Assembly (NCBI GenBank): GCA_043228905.1
Contig: CM091651.1
Location: 1-64,000, forward strand
Direction: 5' to 3'
Length of the DNA: 64,000 bases
Source of the DNA: Azolla caroliniana
Taxonomy: Eukaryota; Plantae; Polypodiophyta
Position numbers and translations under genes: made by a program. Under the pieces are notes generated by a model that saw nothing but the letters and a program-made list of their open reading frames with translations, did not search any database and was not told the origin of the DNA. Shown piece by piece: positions 1 to 11,355 of the stretch (position 1 is its first letter; every line of letters begins with the position of its first letter).

Positions 1-187
1 CGAGTGATCGTCCTCCCAGCAAGCGAGCGATTCTGGGTGCGAAGACGCAAAAACGAGCCAATGGGAGAATATCAGGATCGATTCCCGAAGAAGATATAAA
101 AGGTTTCGTCGCATTGTTGCGTTGCAGAAGCAGACTAGTTGGGACGATTGCTTTTCATACAAACAAATCTTTTTTTTGTGCTAGAGT

Positions 188-2568
188 CTAAAATAAAGTA
201 TTGCGTGTGATACTGATAATGGGATCTACAAATATACCTGATAGGATTGATGCTGATGCACAAACAAACATAACTGTTTCAGCAGAACTCTTGGATATCC
301 AGATTGACAAAAGTGATGCTTTTTTTATATTCATTGTAGACATGTTGTTTTCCTGAATTCTACCAATGAACATCAATTTTATTACTTTTAAATAATAATA
401 AATAGAAATGACGCTTGTGATGAGTGCTACCCAAACTAATGGGTACAAACTAGCTTTCCATCCGTGCCAGAAAATATAAAGTTTACCAAAAAAACCAGAT
501 AGTGGAGGAATACCTCCGAGGGATGGTGAACGGAAAACCGAAGAGAGTGTTAGAACAGGATCCTTCGTATATGATGCTGTATAATCTCGAATATTATCAG
601 TTCCAGTTCGCAAACTAAATAGAGTAACACAAGCAAAAGTTCCGAGATTAGTGAGTATATAAATAAGGATATAGGTTATCGTACTTGCATAACCATTTTC
701 AGGGTCTGCAGCAATTATTCCAATCAAGATATAGCCAATTTGACTTATAGAAGAGTATGCTAGCATACGTTTCATGCTTGTTTGAGTAACAGCAATTAAA
801 TTTCCAAAAATCATGCTAAGAGTAGCTAGTATTCCCAAACCGATATGCCATTCATTAGAAAAAGGCGAGAAAATTATACTGAGAAGTCGTGTAGATAAAG
901 CCAACGCCGCCACTTTGGAAGTCACAGAAAAAGAAGCAACAACTGGTGTGGGAGAGTCAGAGTCGAAAAGAAGATTTTCGATCTTCCCGCTCATTCAGAA
1001 CCGTGCATGAAATTCTAATTTCGCACGGCTCCTGGTTCCTAAAAGACTTTCAATTGACTTTAGCAACGTTCCTAGAACCTTCCTCGCGTATGTCTAAAAA
1101 AAAGTCCTTTTTTTCTTTCTTTAATGAATGAACGAATATTTTTCATTCAGCAGAGAAACTTACCCTTTAACTTCTCGAGGAATCCTTGATCATTTTTTTT
1201 AATCCACCAGTAATTCCTTTTTTCTATTTTTTTCCCCCTTATTCCTACCTATCTGTGACAGAATCTACACTCCCGCAAGATGGATGGAATATAAATAAGT
1301 TGATAGAAACTATTACTACATAGTAGATAATTTTTATGATTTTTTTCGTTCCTAACAGGCATTTTTTCTATATCTTGGGGTAATTTCTTTGGTTGATTTG
1401 ATCTGTCAAAAGCTTCTGAAGGAATGAAACAATCTTTTTTACAAAAAAATAACAACCAAAAAAGATATATTTTGTTATTGAAGCGACTACGCTGGCAATT
1501 GACAAAAATTATCATACTTTGTTAGACCTACCCCTAAAAAAGAGAACTTTTAAAATATAAATAGGTTTATATAAAAATTGAATTTAAATGAATATATAAA
1601 TATTCAGAAAAAAATATCTCTATATCTATACATTTCCCTGTTTTACTCGTACAAAATCAGTCGGACAAACGAAATTCCGGTAGATTGTCACGAAATGCAC
1701 GGCAAGGGCTAGTTAACAATACAAATAAAGGTTCGGAAAGGTTGTTATGTCTTCCGGATACCTGTTAGATATAGCAAATAACGGTTCAATCTATTTGGTA
1801 TTATACCTATAAAGACTGAACTGTTTTTAGAGCGAATCACACTCCTTCATATACATCGGGAGTCCATTGATGAAATGGAACGAGCGAGAGCTTAAAAGCC
1901 ATCCCCGCCAAGACTAACGCAAGGGATATATGGATTGCCAAAGGATCGAGCATACTGTTTAGCAAGAGCCCATCAACTATTTTATTAAGTTGAATCTCTC
2001 CGCCAGAGAGTCCGTACGATAAGGAAAACCCATACATTAGCAAAGATGGACTTACCCCACCCATCGATAGAAATTTCATAGTCGCTTCGTTCGATCTGAC
2101 ATCTCTTTTGGCGTATCCTGATAAAAGATAAGAGGATGGACCCAAACACTCCGAAGCTACATAAACTGTTACTAGATCATTGGCACTACGCAGAAGCATT
2201 CCTCCCGAACCTGCAGTTGATACAAATAATGAGAATTCTGCCATAGCAGTTTTTGTACATCGCACATAATCAACGGATAATGGAATGGATAATAGTGAGC
2301 GAATCAAGAGAAAGAATCTGGATATATTACTAAAAGTGCTAACTTGAATACTTTCAGGAAAAACCGAAAAAGACTTTACCTCCCACTGGTACAAAAGAAG
2401 AATAATACTTATTACCAGAGATAGTAATGAGATTCTATAAAGCAAAATTTTGTCTCTTCCTTTATCCAATAAATCAGTGGCAATAATCATGATTAAGCCG
2501 AGAATCAATATAGATTCCGGAAGAATTGGCAAATCAACGAATGAAAGGGAAAAATAAGTTTTATTCGT
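188..2568 (-). CDS. ndhB: NADH dehydrogenase subunit 2 (NdhB), 2 exons
   Basis: Exon 1 about 2568..1843 (probable ACG start; ends [12 protein letters not shown]), exon 2 955..188 (SPTPVVA...[14 protein letters not shown]). The start position is uncertain. Confidence 0.95.
956..1842 (-). other. Group II intron of ndhB
   Basis: 5' GTGTG, 3' ...GAC, domain V GAGCCGTGCGAAATTAGAATTTCATGCACGGTTC near the 3' end. Confidence 0.92.
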
Positions 2569-2778
2569 AATGAAAATCAAGGTAATATAATTATTTTTAT
2601 ATTATTGTGTTATGCGCAATTAATTGAAGGGTCAACCAAATCAATTATCTAGGTATTTTTGCGTCTATGTAAACTGCAAGACAAAAACAATTAGATTTTT
2701 TTATGAATCGATTCAAGATCAACTTTCTACTAATACTAAGAAGAGAGATAATTCCGATTGTATCAATAGAGAGGGGAG

Positions 2779-4287
2779 CTATTTTTGTATTTCCCATATT
2801 GCTAGCGTCGATACGGCGGGTCGAATGACGTTCATATACCAAGATCTTGGATCATTTGATAGATTAGACGTCATCTCATTATACTTAACACTATTATCTA
2901 AAAAAGTTTCCGAATCAAATCTGCGTTGCAACGAACGGGTTGTACTTTTATGCTTACAGGCCAAAGTTTTATCGCATGATAATCGCAAAATATATCTCGA
3001 TCTACGCGATCCATCTCGATTTGTAGAACCACCATAAAAAACAGAGAGGATCCTCCAAATGTGTCCAAATCTATTCAAAATATCGTGATCTGGAAGCGTA
3101 ACCCAAGCCGATTTACTAATCGGATGTCCGGCACTGTCGCAGGAACTCTTTCTTGCCATAAGCTTAACCATAAGCGTAATCGGGAGTTCCGTAAAAACTT
3201 GATTGGTCACAAAAAGGCTGAAGTAGGGTTCTCCTCCTGCATTGCTGACGCGAACTCTCCTTACTATTGACCGAAAACCCAGGTTATAACCCAAGAAAAA
3301 AAAGGAATCTTTGGATAGCCTTTCAAAAAACACTCGATTGTATTTGACACAAGAATCAGAATAAGATTCCAGGAGTGTCGAAATAAAATAGATCCATTTT
3401 CTTGCAAAGTATTTAGTCCCCCCAATAGCCAAGATACTATGATTTCTATACCTTCCATAATGAAAAAAAAATCGACTCAGGCAAAAACGCATGTTTGCCC
3501 CATACGATCGGTATTCATACCAACTAAATCGCCCCCCCTTCCGAGTAATGCTATTCCAATCGATAGATCTAAAAGATCTCGATTGTGGTCCATGTACCTG
3601 GTTTTTTAGGAACAATATTGTTGAATCAATCTCGGAGATGTAGAAATTCCAAGGTACACTGGCTATATTTTTTATTCCCTTGTTTCTTGAAATATAAACA
3701 GAGTTAACAGATATTTTTTTATATTTATGTAAAGCCAATCTCAAAATATGTAGAAATGGAGCATCCTGTATACTTCTCCGAAACAATCGAATCAAACTTT
3801 CTGAATGAACATTTTGTGGTATTCTGATACCTAGAATATTGTTGGATTTTGGCAATCTATCTTCTAGAAATAGAAATATTGAATGAATGGATCGGGAAGT
3901 TTTCCAATCAACAATAAGCTTCTTCATAGTCGGCGGCGTTATCCAAGACGATAAAGAAATCTCTAAAACAAAGCATATCATTTCTGATAGGACATAGAAG
4001 TATGGCCCGAAGCCCCAACTACCAGATTGATTTCAATCAGATTCTGAATAAACAATCTCGTAATAATTCTGATGACGCATTCTATCAATCATACGTTTCG
4101 ATGATATAATACTACATGCTTGAAGTACTATATCAATCTTTGGTGCACACGAAGCGTATTTGCAAGCAACCAAATAACAATCCTCTTTGAAGGAAAATGA
4201 ATACAAAAAACATTCTTTGTTGAAATTGATCCACTGACTCATCATAAAGTCCCTAGAATAAGAAAAAGATCCATGACTGCTCTTCAT
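2779..4287 (-). CDS. matK: Maturase K, free-standing, one in-frame TGA at 4033-4035
   Basis: ORFs 4033..4287 and 2779..3981 share one frame; MatK motifs SIHSIFLFLED and YILRLSCDKTLACKHKST (domain X); no flanking trnK exons. Confidence 0.92.
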
Positions 4288-5006
4288 TGTGGTAGTCTCC
4301 CAAACTAAAAAAAAAACAACGGAATAAAAAAAGAATCAATATACTAGCAAATCTCCTTCTACACTTTGCGTTATAAATTGATACACATAGACTTTTTTCT
4401 ATTTTTTTTTTTCTCACTATTACCGCCAAACACTCTGTTGCATCCCAACGGCCCGATCGAGTTTGTTGTTTGTATAGGGGATAGGATAAGGGATAGAGGC
4501 GAAATACCGCTCCAGAAACAAGCCACCAAATCAACCAGAGAGTTATATCTGTTCGTTGGTGCACCTATGTATGTCCATAATCGAACACTATTCCAAAAGC
4601 ACTACCACTACATTGAACATTTCGAAAGAACCCTTCGAAGCATTAATTCCTGGGTAAGGTTAGATGGGATGGCCCATAGCCAGCCATCCATAGCCCCAAG
4701 CAAGCTTCGCATATAAAGCTAATTTCCCAAAAACCCTTCAATTTCAAAAATTTTTAGTTATTCTTTTTTTTTTCGTTGCTTCTCGAATAGGTCCATCACG
4801 CCATCGATTCCAGATTTGAGTAAAGACCACAATATTTTTCTAGAGATACTACTACTTTGTGGAGGGATAATAAAAACGGCGTATAGGTAAAGTGAAAGTA
4901 GTAGGAAAGGATGATACAGAAACATCTGAAAAGAAATATAGGCTGGACTCATTATATTCTCCCAAACATTTTTTTCTTAAATCTTTTTTTTTTTTAGCAA
5001 TTTAAA

Positions 5007-6037
5007 TCAAAAGACTTTTGCCCGTTTCGATAGATCACGAACAGTTTCTGTTGTTTGGGCCCCTACCTCCAGCAAAGATGTAATTGCAGGAACGTTTAAC
5101 TGGGTTTGTCCTTTTCTGGGATCATGAAATCCAACCTCCTGGATGGCCTTTCCTTCCCGGCGGGACCGAGTATCAATAGCTATTATTCGATAAGTTATTT
5201 ATTGGGATAGGTTTTTTTCTTTTTTTAGGGACCCCCCCGCCAAACCGCATGTGAAATTTTCATCTCGTACGGCTTAAACCGCAATTATGAAGAAATAGCT
5301 AAAGAACTATACTTCGTTTTTTAAATTCCATCGAATAACGGATGGACTACTCTTAACTCATATACGTGCAATACATAAAATTTTCCACCTCCTGAGTCAT
5401 CTTCTTACTAATAATCGACTGATGTTGAGATAGCGAACGGGAATGACAGAAACCCTCCCCCACTCCCTCCGTTAACGAACTCAGTGACGTATCAAGCATC
5501 GTCTCGTTCGTAGATCGAATTAAAGAATCCTTAGGTTCGAGCTGACTTCAAGGTTTTTTGTATACAGGATTAGTAGCAACAAGACCCATCCCGAAAGACC
5601 TACTTTAATGAATTATGTCGAGGCAACTAAACAATTAGGTACCTGAAAACATCAAAGACGTTTCGAGTGCAGATTCGCTCCGAATTCAACAAGCAAACGA
5701 CTTTGCCCGAATAGAATCAAATCAATCTGAATGAATTTCGGTTTAGAATTATTACCTGGTAGTAACAACTTCTCAAAAATCATGAAGTTTAGCAACTCTG
5801 AGTATAACCATAGACACTATTACTCTTCAAAAACAAGTAAATAATTTAAGATAGGTGTAGTAGAATTCTTCAAGCTTCATTAGATAAGGACTTTTTTACT
5901 AATGTTGAAGCAAGAGCATCTCGCCCTTCAGGTACAAGCAAGGATGGCGGCTGACTATTTTAGCTTAGCAAAAACGATCTAGATATTCGAGCCACACGTT
6001 GCTTTCTACCGTGTCGCTTCAAGCGAATTTTTATCAT
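5007..6037 (-). CDS. rps16: Ribosomal protein S16, 2 exons
   Basis: Exon 1 6037..5998 ([13 protein letters not shown]), exon 2 5200..5007 ([18 protein letters not shown]...). The TGA at 5007 could itself be edited, extending the protein by about 10 aa. Confidence 0.92.
5201..5997 (-). other. Group II intron of rps16
   Basis: 5' GTGTG, 3' CTATCCCAAT, domain V AAGCCGTACGAGATGAAAATTTCACATGCGGTTT. Confidence 0.9.
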
Positions 6038-6188
6038 GATATATCACAAATACAGGAATTCCCTTATTATTAGATACTTGCTGACATGACGGTCCCAAGT
6101 AGACTACGCTATCTGCCTAATCCCTTTGTGAAACAAATTTAAATTATCTGAGTTTTTTTTATTCCTAGTAATAAACAAAATGATCGAA

Positions 6189-7730
6189 TCAAGAATTTAG
6201 TTTTTCTTTGGCTGCATACATAACATCGACTGTTATTTCTGCAATGCCTTTTTGTTCCGCAGAGATTTCAGTATTTCTCTTGATTTTACCCCTTACAAAA
6301 CCGGGGATCCTGTTTAACTCTAATTCGGCTTCGGGAGTCCAGTTGAGATCTCTATCTGTGGATAACGACTTGGTGCTTACCTCTTTCGTATCATGACCAC
6401 CAAAAACATCTAACAAATGATCTTCCATGCCCAGATTAAACGAGTTATAGACTAGATCAGCTATTTGATTGGTTCCTTCATAACCTAGAAAGGGTCGATA
6501 TCCCAGGGGAAAATTCTGAATATGGACCGGCGAGGAAATGACCCCACACGGAATATCAATACGTTTACCGATGTGGCGTTCCATTTGGGTTCCAAATATG
6601 GCGGAGGGTTCCATACGAGCTATTGTATCTCCAACCTCAGTGTGGTCCTCTGTAATTAATACCTCGTCACATAAGCCCTGAACCTGCTCATTAAACCACT
6701 CCATGTCGTGCTTGCAATACGTACCTGAACACCTAACACGAATTCCCATTTCTCTAACGAGTATTTTAGTAATCGAAGCGGCGTGAGTAGCATCACCGAA
6801 TACTACAACCTCTTTTCCAGCCAAGTTTTGGCAATCGATAGACTTAGAAAACCAAGCTGCTTGAGAAACAAAATTTGTTTGATCTTTAATATATGAGAGA
6901 TATTTGGCTTTTTTTTCTGGTAAGACGGAAGCCCACGCATTCACGAGTTTCTCCATCTGTCTAATGAATTCGGCTGTATCTAAAATGCCCATGGGAGTTA
7001 CGGACACAAAAGGCATCCCGTATTCTCTTTCCAGAAAAAAAGCTGTCATTAAACCAACCTCGCGGTAGGGAACTACATTGAACCAAGCCCTCGGTAGATC
7101 CTTTAAAAAGTTTAGAGATCCCCCTTCTGGAATTATTTGATTGACGAGAATTCCCAAATCTCGGAATGAACGTTTCAATTCACGACAATCATGCTGATTG
7201 TGAAAACCCGATGTAAAAATTCCAATAATATTAGCCGAAGGTTTATTTGTTACGGATCGATCTAGTGTGCCTTGTTTACAAGCCCTATCCAAATAATATC
7301 GAACTATCTGTTCCGAGGTTCTATCTGCTGCTTGGAGTTCATTGACTCAATAGTGATTGACATCCGCGGGAATTACATCAGACTCGGAAGAAAGGGAGGC
7401 TCGATCTGCAAAATTCTGCAAGTCCTCCTGTAAAGTACTAGAGGTGCATGTAGGTGTCAAAACAATTGAATCGGGGCGTTATTCCTCATCCTTTCGGGTT
7501 ATATTATTTATAACTTTCTCCTGGGATCCGCGTGCCAAAACATGTCGATCCACCACACTAGCTGTTACTGGGGTAAAATCTCTTTCCCTTTCCAACATGG
7601 AACGCATAACATTAAAATGGTCATCTCCCAAAGGGGCATGCATTATAGCATGTACGTTCTTGAAGGAACTGGCCACTCGTAGGGTACCGATGTGGGCAGG
7701 TCCAGCATACATCCAATAAGCTAATTTCAT
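6189..7730 (-). CDS. chlB: Light-independent protochlorophyllide reductase subunit B, two in-frame stops (7479-7481 TAA, 7347-7349 TGA)
   Basis: [18 protein letters not shown] start, VVFGDATHA motif, C-terminal [14 protein letters not shown]; frame is continuous through both stops. Confidence 0.96.
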
Positions 7731-7933
7731 AAATTGATTTTTTTTTTTTATTCCGCATCATCAAGGGATCTATTGCTATATGCAACATATCATCATAATA
7801 TAAACTGTAGGATCCACCGAGAGGAATAAAAGGATGAGTATCAGATAAACGATCCTAAACGAAAAAAAAAAAGATATTGTTTGTGACTCTTTTGTGTGAG
7901 AAAACGCAACAAGGTTTCGCCATCGAGCGGGAT

Positions 7934-8005
7934 CTGGGACGGAAGGATTCGAACCTCCGAATGACGGGATCAAAACCCGCTGCCTTACCACTTGGCCACG
8001 CCCCA
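7934..8005 (-). tRNA. trnQ-UUG: tRNA-Gln(UUG)
   Basis: TGGGGCGTGGCCAAGTGGTAAGGC...TTTTGAT...GGTTCGAATCC cloverleaf. Confidence 0.97.
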
Positions 8006-8309
8006 CGGATGATCAGTACAATGACTATCCCATACTTTGATTCTTCTGTCAACCTTTCTTTCTCCTTCGTTGGTTGTTTATGCGGAGACAGCAGAGACGG
8101 AAAAAAAAACTATTTCAAATTTTTGTTGATTCGACAGATGAAAATCCCAAAGAAAAGAATTATCCTCTCTTTTGTTTGGTGAAAAAAAGAAATAGATTTC
8201 TTTTCACCAGTTCGAATGGAAGAATATATAATAGTATAGAACTGATGGGTAAGTTGATCGACAAGCGTCACTGTCTTAGAAGAAAACTAGTCGTTATTGG
8301 AGAATAGAA

Positions 8310-8486
8310 ATGATGGTTTTGTGTAACATCTGTCTGGAGAATCTTCCTCACATCACTGATACTTTTTATGCCAAATTACCCGAAGCCTATGCCATCTTCG
8401 ATCCAATCGTCGATGTAATGCCAGTTATACCAGTATTCTTTCTACTCTTAGCTTTCGTGTGGCAGGCTGCTGTTAGTTTCCGCTAA
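8310..8486 (+). CDS. psbK: Photosystem II protein K
   Basis: Manual translation ...[37 protein letters not shown]. Confidence 0.97.
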   Translation: MMVLCNICLENLPHITDTFYAKLPEAYAIFDPIVDVMPVIPVFFLLLAFVWQAAVSFR

Positions 8487-9022
8487 TAGAAAGTTACCTA
8501 ATTCGGTCCGATGGATTCTACCCTACGTGCGCCGAAGAAGAGCTTGATTAAACAGAATAGATAACGAAAACTTTTGTCGTTTGTGATTCGGACCGAAAAA
8601 AGTAGGTTGAAACAGTCAGTCCTTTTGGTAACATGTTTGAATTCTAACGTATATCGCACATAGACTGGGGGCGCGAGTGATTACAAATTCACTCCCGCAC
8701 TGACGAGAGATAACTAGACGGAATGATTTAACCTCTCGGCTTGGAAGAAGTGAAGATGCATCATTAACCAACTCGAGTTTTTTTTTCAATTTCTATCAGT
8801 TTGAGAAGCAAAAAAAGCAAAGGATTCGTTTTTTATTTGTATAGTCTTAGAAAACCGCTAGGGCTTTCGTAGCCTGGGAGATATATAGTCCCCCATATCC
8901 ATTTCATGGATTCAAAGGGGCAAACATCCATCCATATCTAGATAGATATATCTAGATAGATACCTGATTCAAACAGAAATGTTCCATTCTGTCTCATCCC
9001 TAGTCGCAACCATGGAGATTAG

Positions 9023-9136
<114 letters not shown>

Positions 9137-9196
9137 ATCTCTTTCTTTTTTTTTTAGTTGCTCCATCGATAGGTTAATGATTTTATCAAATATTGA

Positions 9197-9284
9197 AGGA
9201 GAGAGAGGGATTCGAACCCTCGGTACATATGAACTGTACAACGGATTAGCAATCCGACGCGTTAGACCTCTCGGCCATCTCTCC
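9197..9284 (-). tRNA. trnS-GCU: tRNA-Ser(GCU)
   Basis: GGAGAGATGGCCGAG...TTGCTAA anticodon loop, long variable arm. Confidence 0.97.
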
Positions 9285-9519
9285 AAGCAAAAGGATCTTT
9301 TGGACTTTAACATGAAGTTGGGATAGAAGTCTATATTTTGAATAGTAGTTTAAACAAAGCTCCATCGACGAAATCAAAAAACCTATGCTTTGGTAATCAG
9401 GTCCAAAAGGAATACTAGATTGGGTGGGGGTTCCTCGTTGGCCCCCCCCCCCCCCCAGGAACTTATCACAGTCTGGGTGGGACTGATTAAGTGAGTCGCC
9501 TACAAAAAAACTGGATCAA

Positions 9520-9618
9520 TCAACGATACAGTGCAACAGCTAACCTTGCAGCTAAAATGCTTGTTGCAAAGGCACTAACAAGTGCCAAAATTATTTGAAT
9601 GTCGGAAATTGATGTCAT
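9520..9618 (-). CDS. psaM: Photosystem I subunit XII (PsaM)
   Basis: MTSISDIQIILALVSAFATSILAARLAVALYR*, 32 aa, at the ancestral position between trnS-GCU and psb30. Confidence 0.92.
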   Translation of the reverse strand: MTSISDIQIILALVSAFATSILAARLAVALYR

Positions 9619-9843
9619 TACCTTTGTTTTTTATCTCCCATTCCTTTCGTTATAAGTCAATGAACAAGAAAATGTTTCATTCACCTAGGGTTGAGCCTTG
9701 ATTCATTGTATCAGTCCTAGTTCACGATGGCTACATCGAGCCAACTACCCGTGGGTGTACCCGGAGCATTCCACTCCACCAATACTGGATTAAAAAAAGG
9801 AAGAATCTTTCTTATTTAAAAAGAAGTTTTAGAGGTAGAAGAT

Positions 9844-9945
9844 ATGAATCTAGAAGTAATAGCACAACTTGCTGTTCTGGCGTTAGTAGTTGCATCGGGA
9901 CCACTAGTAATTGCTTTGTCAGCCGCCCGGAAGGGTAATTTATGA
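9844..9945 (+). CDS. psb30: Photosystem II protein Psb30 (Ycf12)
   Basis: [33 protein letters not shown]. Confidence 0.96.
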   Translation: MNLEVIAQLAVLALVVASGPLVIALSAARKGNL

Positions 9946-10049
9946 ATTAATTCCGGCAAATGAAAGGACTTCTCACTCGGGGCTGAGCAGCATAGTCCGT
10001 GGGGGACCCCTCAGAGAGTGATCGGGGGTCCCTCGAGCATAATTAGAAT

Positions 10050-10079
10050 TAGACAGAGGACCCGTCTGTGTAATACAAT
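10050..10079 (+). promoter_or_regulatory. Putative sigma70-type promoter of trnG-UCC
   Basis: TAGACA-N18-TACAAT ending 9 nt before the tRNA 5' end. Confidence 0.55.
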
Positions 10080-10088
10080 TAGATTGTG

Positions 10089-11014
10089 GCGGGTATGGTT
10101 TAGTGGTAAAAGTGTGATTCGTCCTACTTTGGGCCGACTAGTCAAAGGATCCTTCAAACCGGTTTTTTTGCTGAATTGGCTCAAGAAGCTTTTTTTCTAT
10201 GAAGAACAAGTAAACTTCTCTAAAACAAAATATTATGGGTACAAAATTAGGTTATTCCCGTTATTTCTGCTTGCGTAGCAAGGTCGACGAATAACGAAGC
10301 GGAACTTTTATATTAAAATACCCGGAAGTCCAAAGTTTTTCTTAAAGAAGATGGGTAAACATCTATGGGTAGACGCTAAAAATGTTTGTTTCATCGTCAC
10401 TGAACCTTGGAAAAAAAAACTCCGAGCTTGACAGTCCCAGAAAGAATAATCTTGGTTTATCAAGATTTTCTGGCTTTTTCCATTGAAGAAGCGATTGCTT
10501 CCATGACTCGGTAAAAAACATTGCCCTAAAGATTTCTGCTTTTCATAAAAAAAGAACGAAGTAACTGGAAGAAAAAAAACCATGTTCCATAAGTGTATCT
10601 TAGTTGGGACTCATAAAAGGTAATAATCTTACCAGCGGGATCATCTAAGAAGTTTGTACTCTTGAAAAAAGATTAAACTGACATAGATACTATGGATACT
10701 TTTATTCGCAATAACCTTATAAAAAAAGAGGTTCATTGAATAAGAGAATTTTTTAAGTGGGGGGGATTCCAAAAAGTAACAGGCTTTCGTTATCTCCACT
10801 TTCCTTATGAGACGAGGTGAGGAACCCCTGCCAGTTGGTAGAAAAAAGCATGCCATATGCTTTGACATCTACCTTAATTTTCCATAAAGGAGCCGAATGA
10901 ATAGAGATTTTCACGTTCGGTTCTGAATTAGAGGTGTCATAAAAAGAAATTGGCATCGACTATAACCCTTAGCCTTCCAAGCTAATGATGCGGGTTCGAT
11001 TCCCGCTACCCGCT
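10089..11014 (+). tRNA. trnG-UCC: tRNA-Gly(UCC) with group II intron
   Basis: Exon 1 10089..10111, intron 10112..10966 (GTGTG...AAC, domain V near 10890-10923), exon 2 10967..11014 with TCC anticodon. Confidence 0.96.
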
Positions 11015-11173
11015 AAAAATAGAACGCAGGGGTGAAAGGGTTATCGAAAACGATCCTGCTTTTCTTTATTGTTTCTAAACCGTGTCGCGAACGAATAAAA
11101 ACTCTTGTGTGTTCGCGATATGGTACTCTTGCTCTAGCTTCTTGATAGTTGACTATCGACCAGATAGAAAAGT

Positions 11174-11245
11174 GCGTCCATCGTCTAATGGATAGGACAG
11201 AGGTCTTCTAAACCTTAAGTATAGGTTCGAATCCTATTGGATGTA
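11174..11245 (+). tRNA. trnR-UCU: tRNA-Arg(UCU)
   Basis: GCGTCCATCGTCTAATGGATAGGAC...CTTCTAA loop. Confidence 0.96.
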
Positions 11246-11355
11246 GTTGCCTTCCTTATCTTATAGGTATAGCCATGCGTGTGTGGAGAACGTGGCTGGA
11301 GAGCTGGAAATCTCCATGCTCTCCGCCCACTCACGCAAAAAAAAAAAATAGCTAG

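Noticed and set aside
4253-4716. ORFs 4366..4716 (+) and 4253..4564 (-) as novel genes
   Set aside because: No recognisable domains, they cross homopolymer runs, and they overlap each other antisense.
9619-9843. Remnant of trnS-CGA between psaM and psb30
   Set aside because: No cloverleaf or T-loop motif found on either strand.
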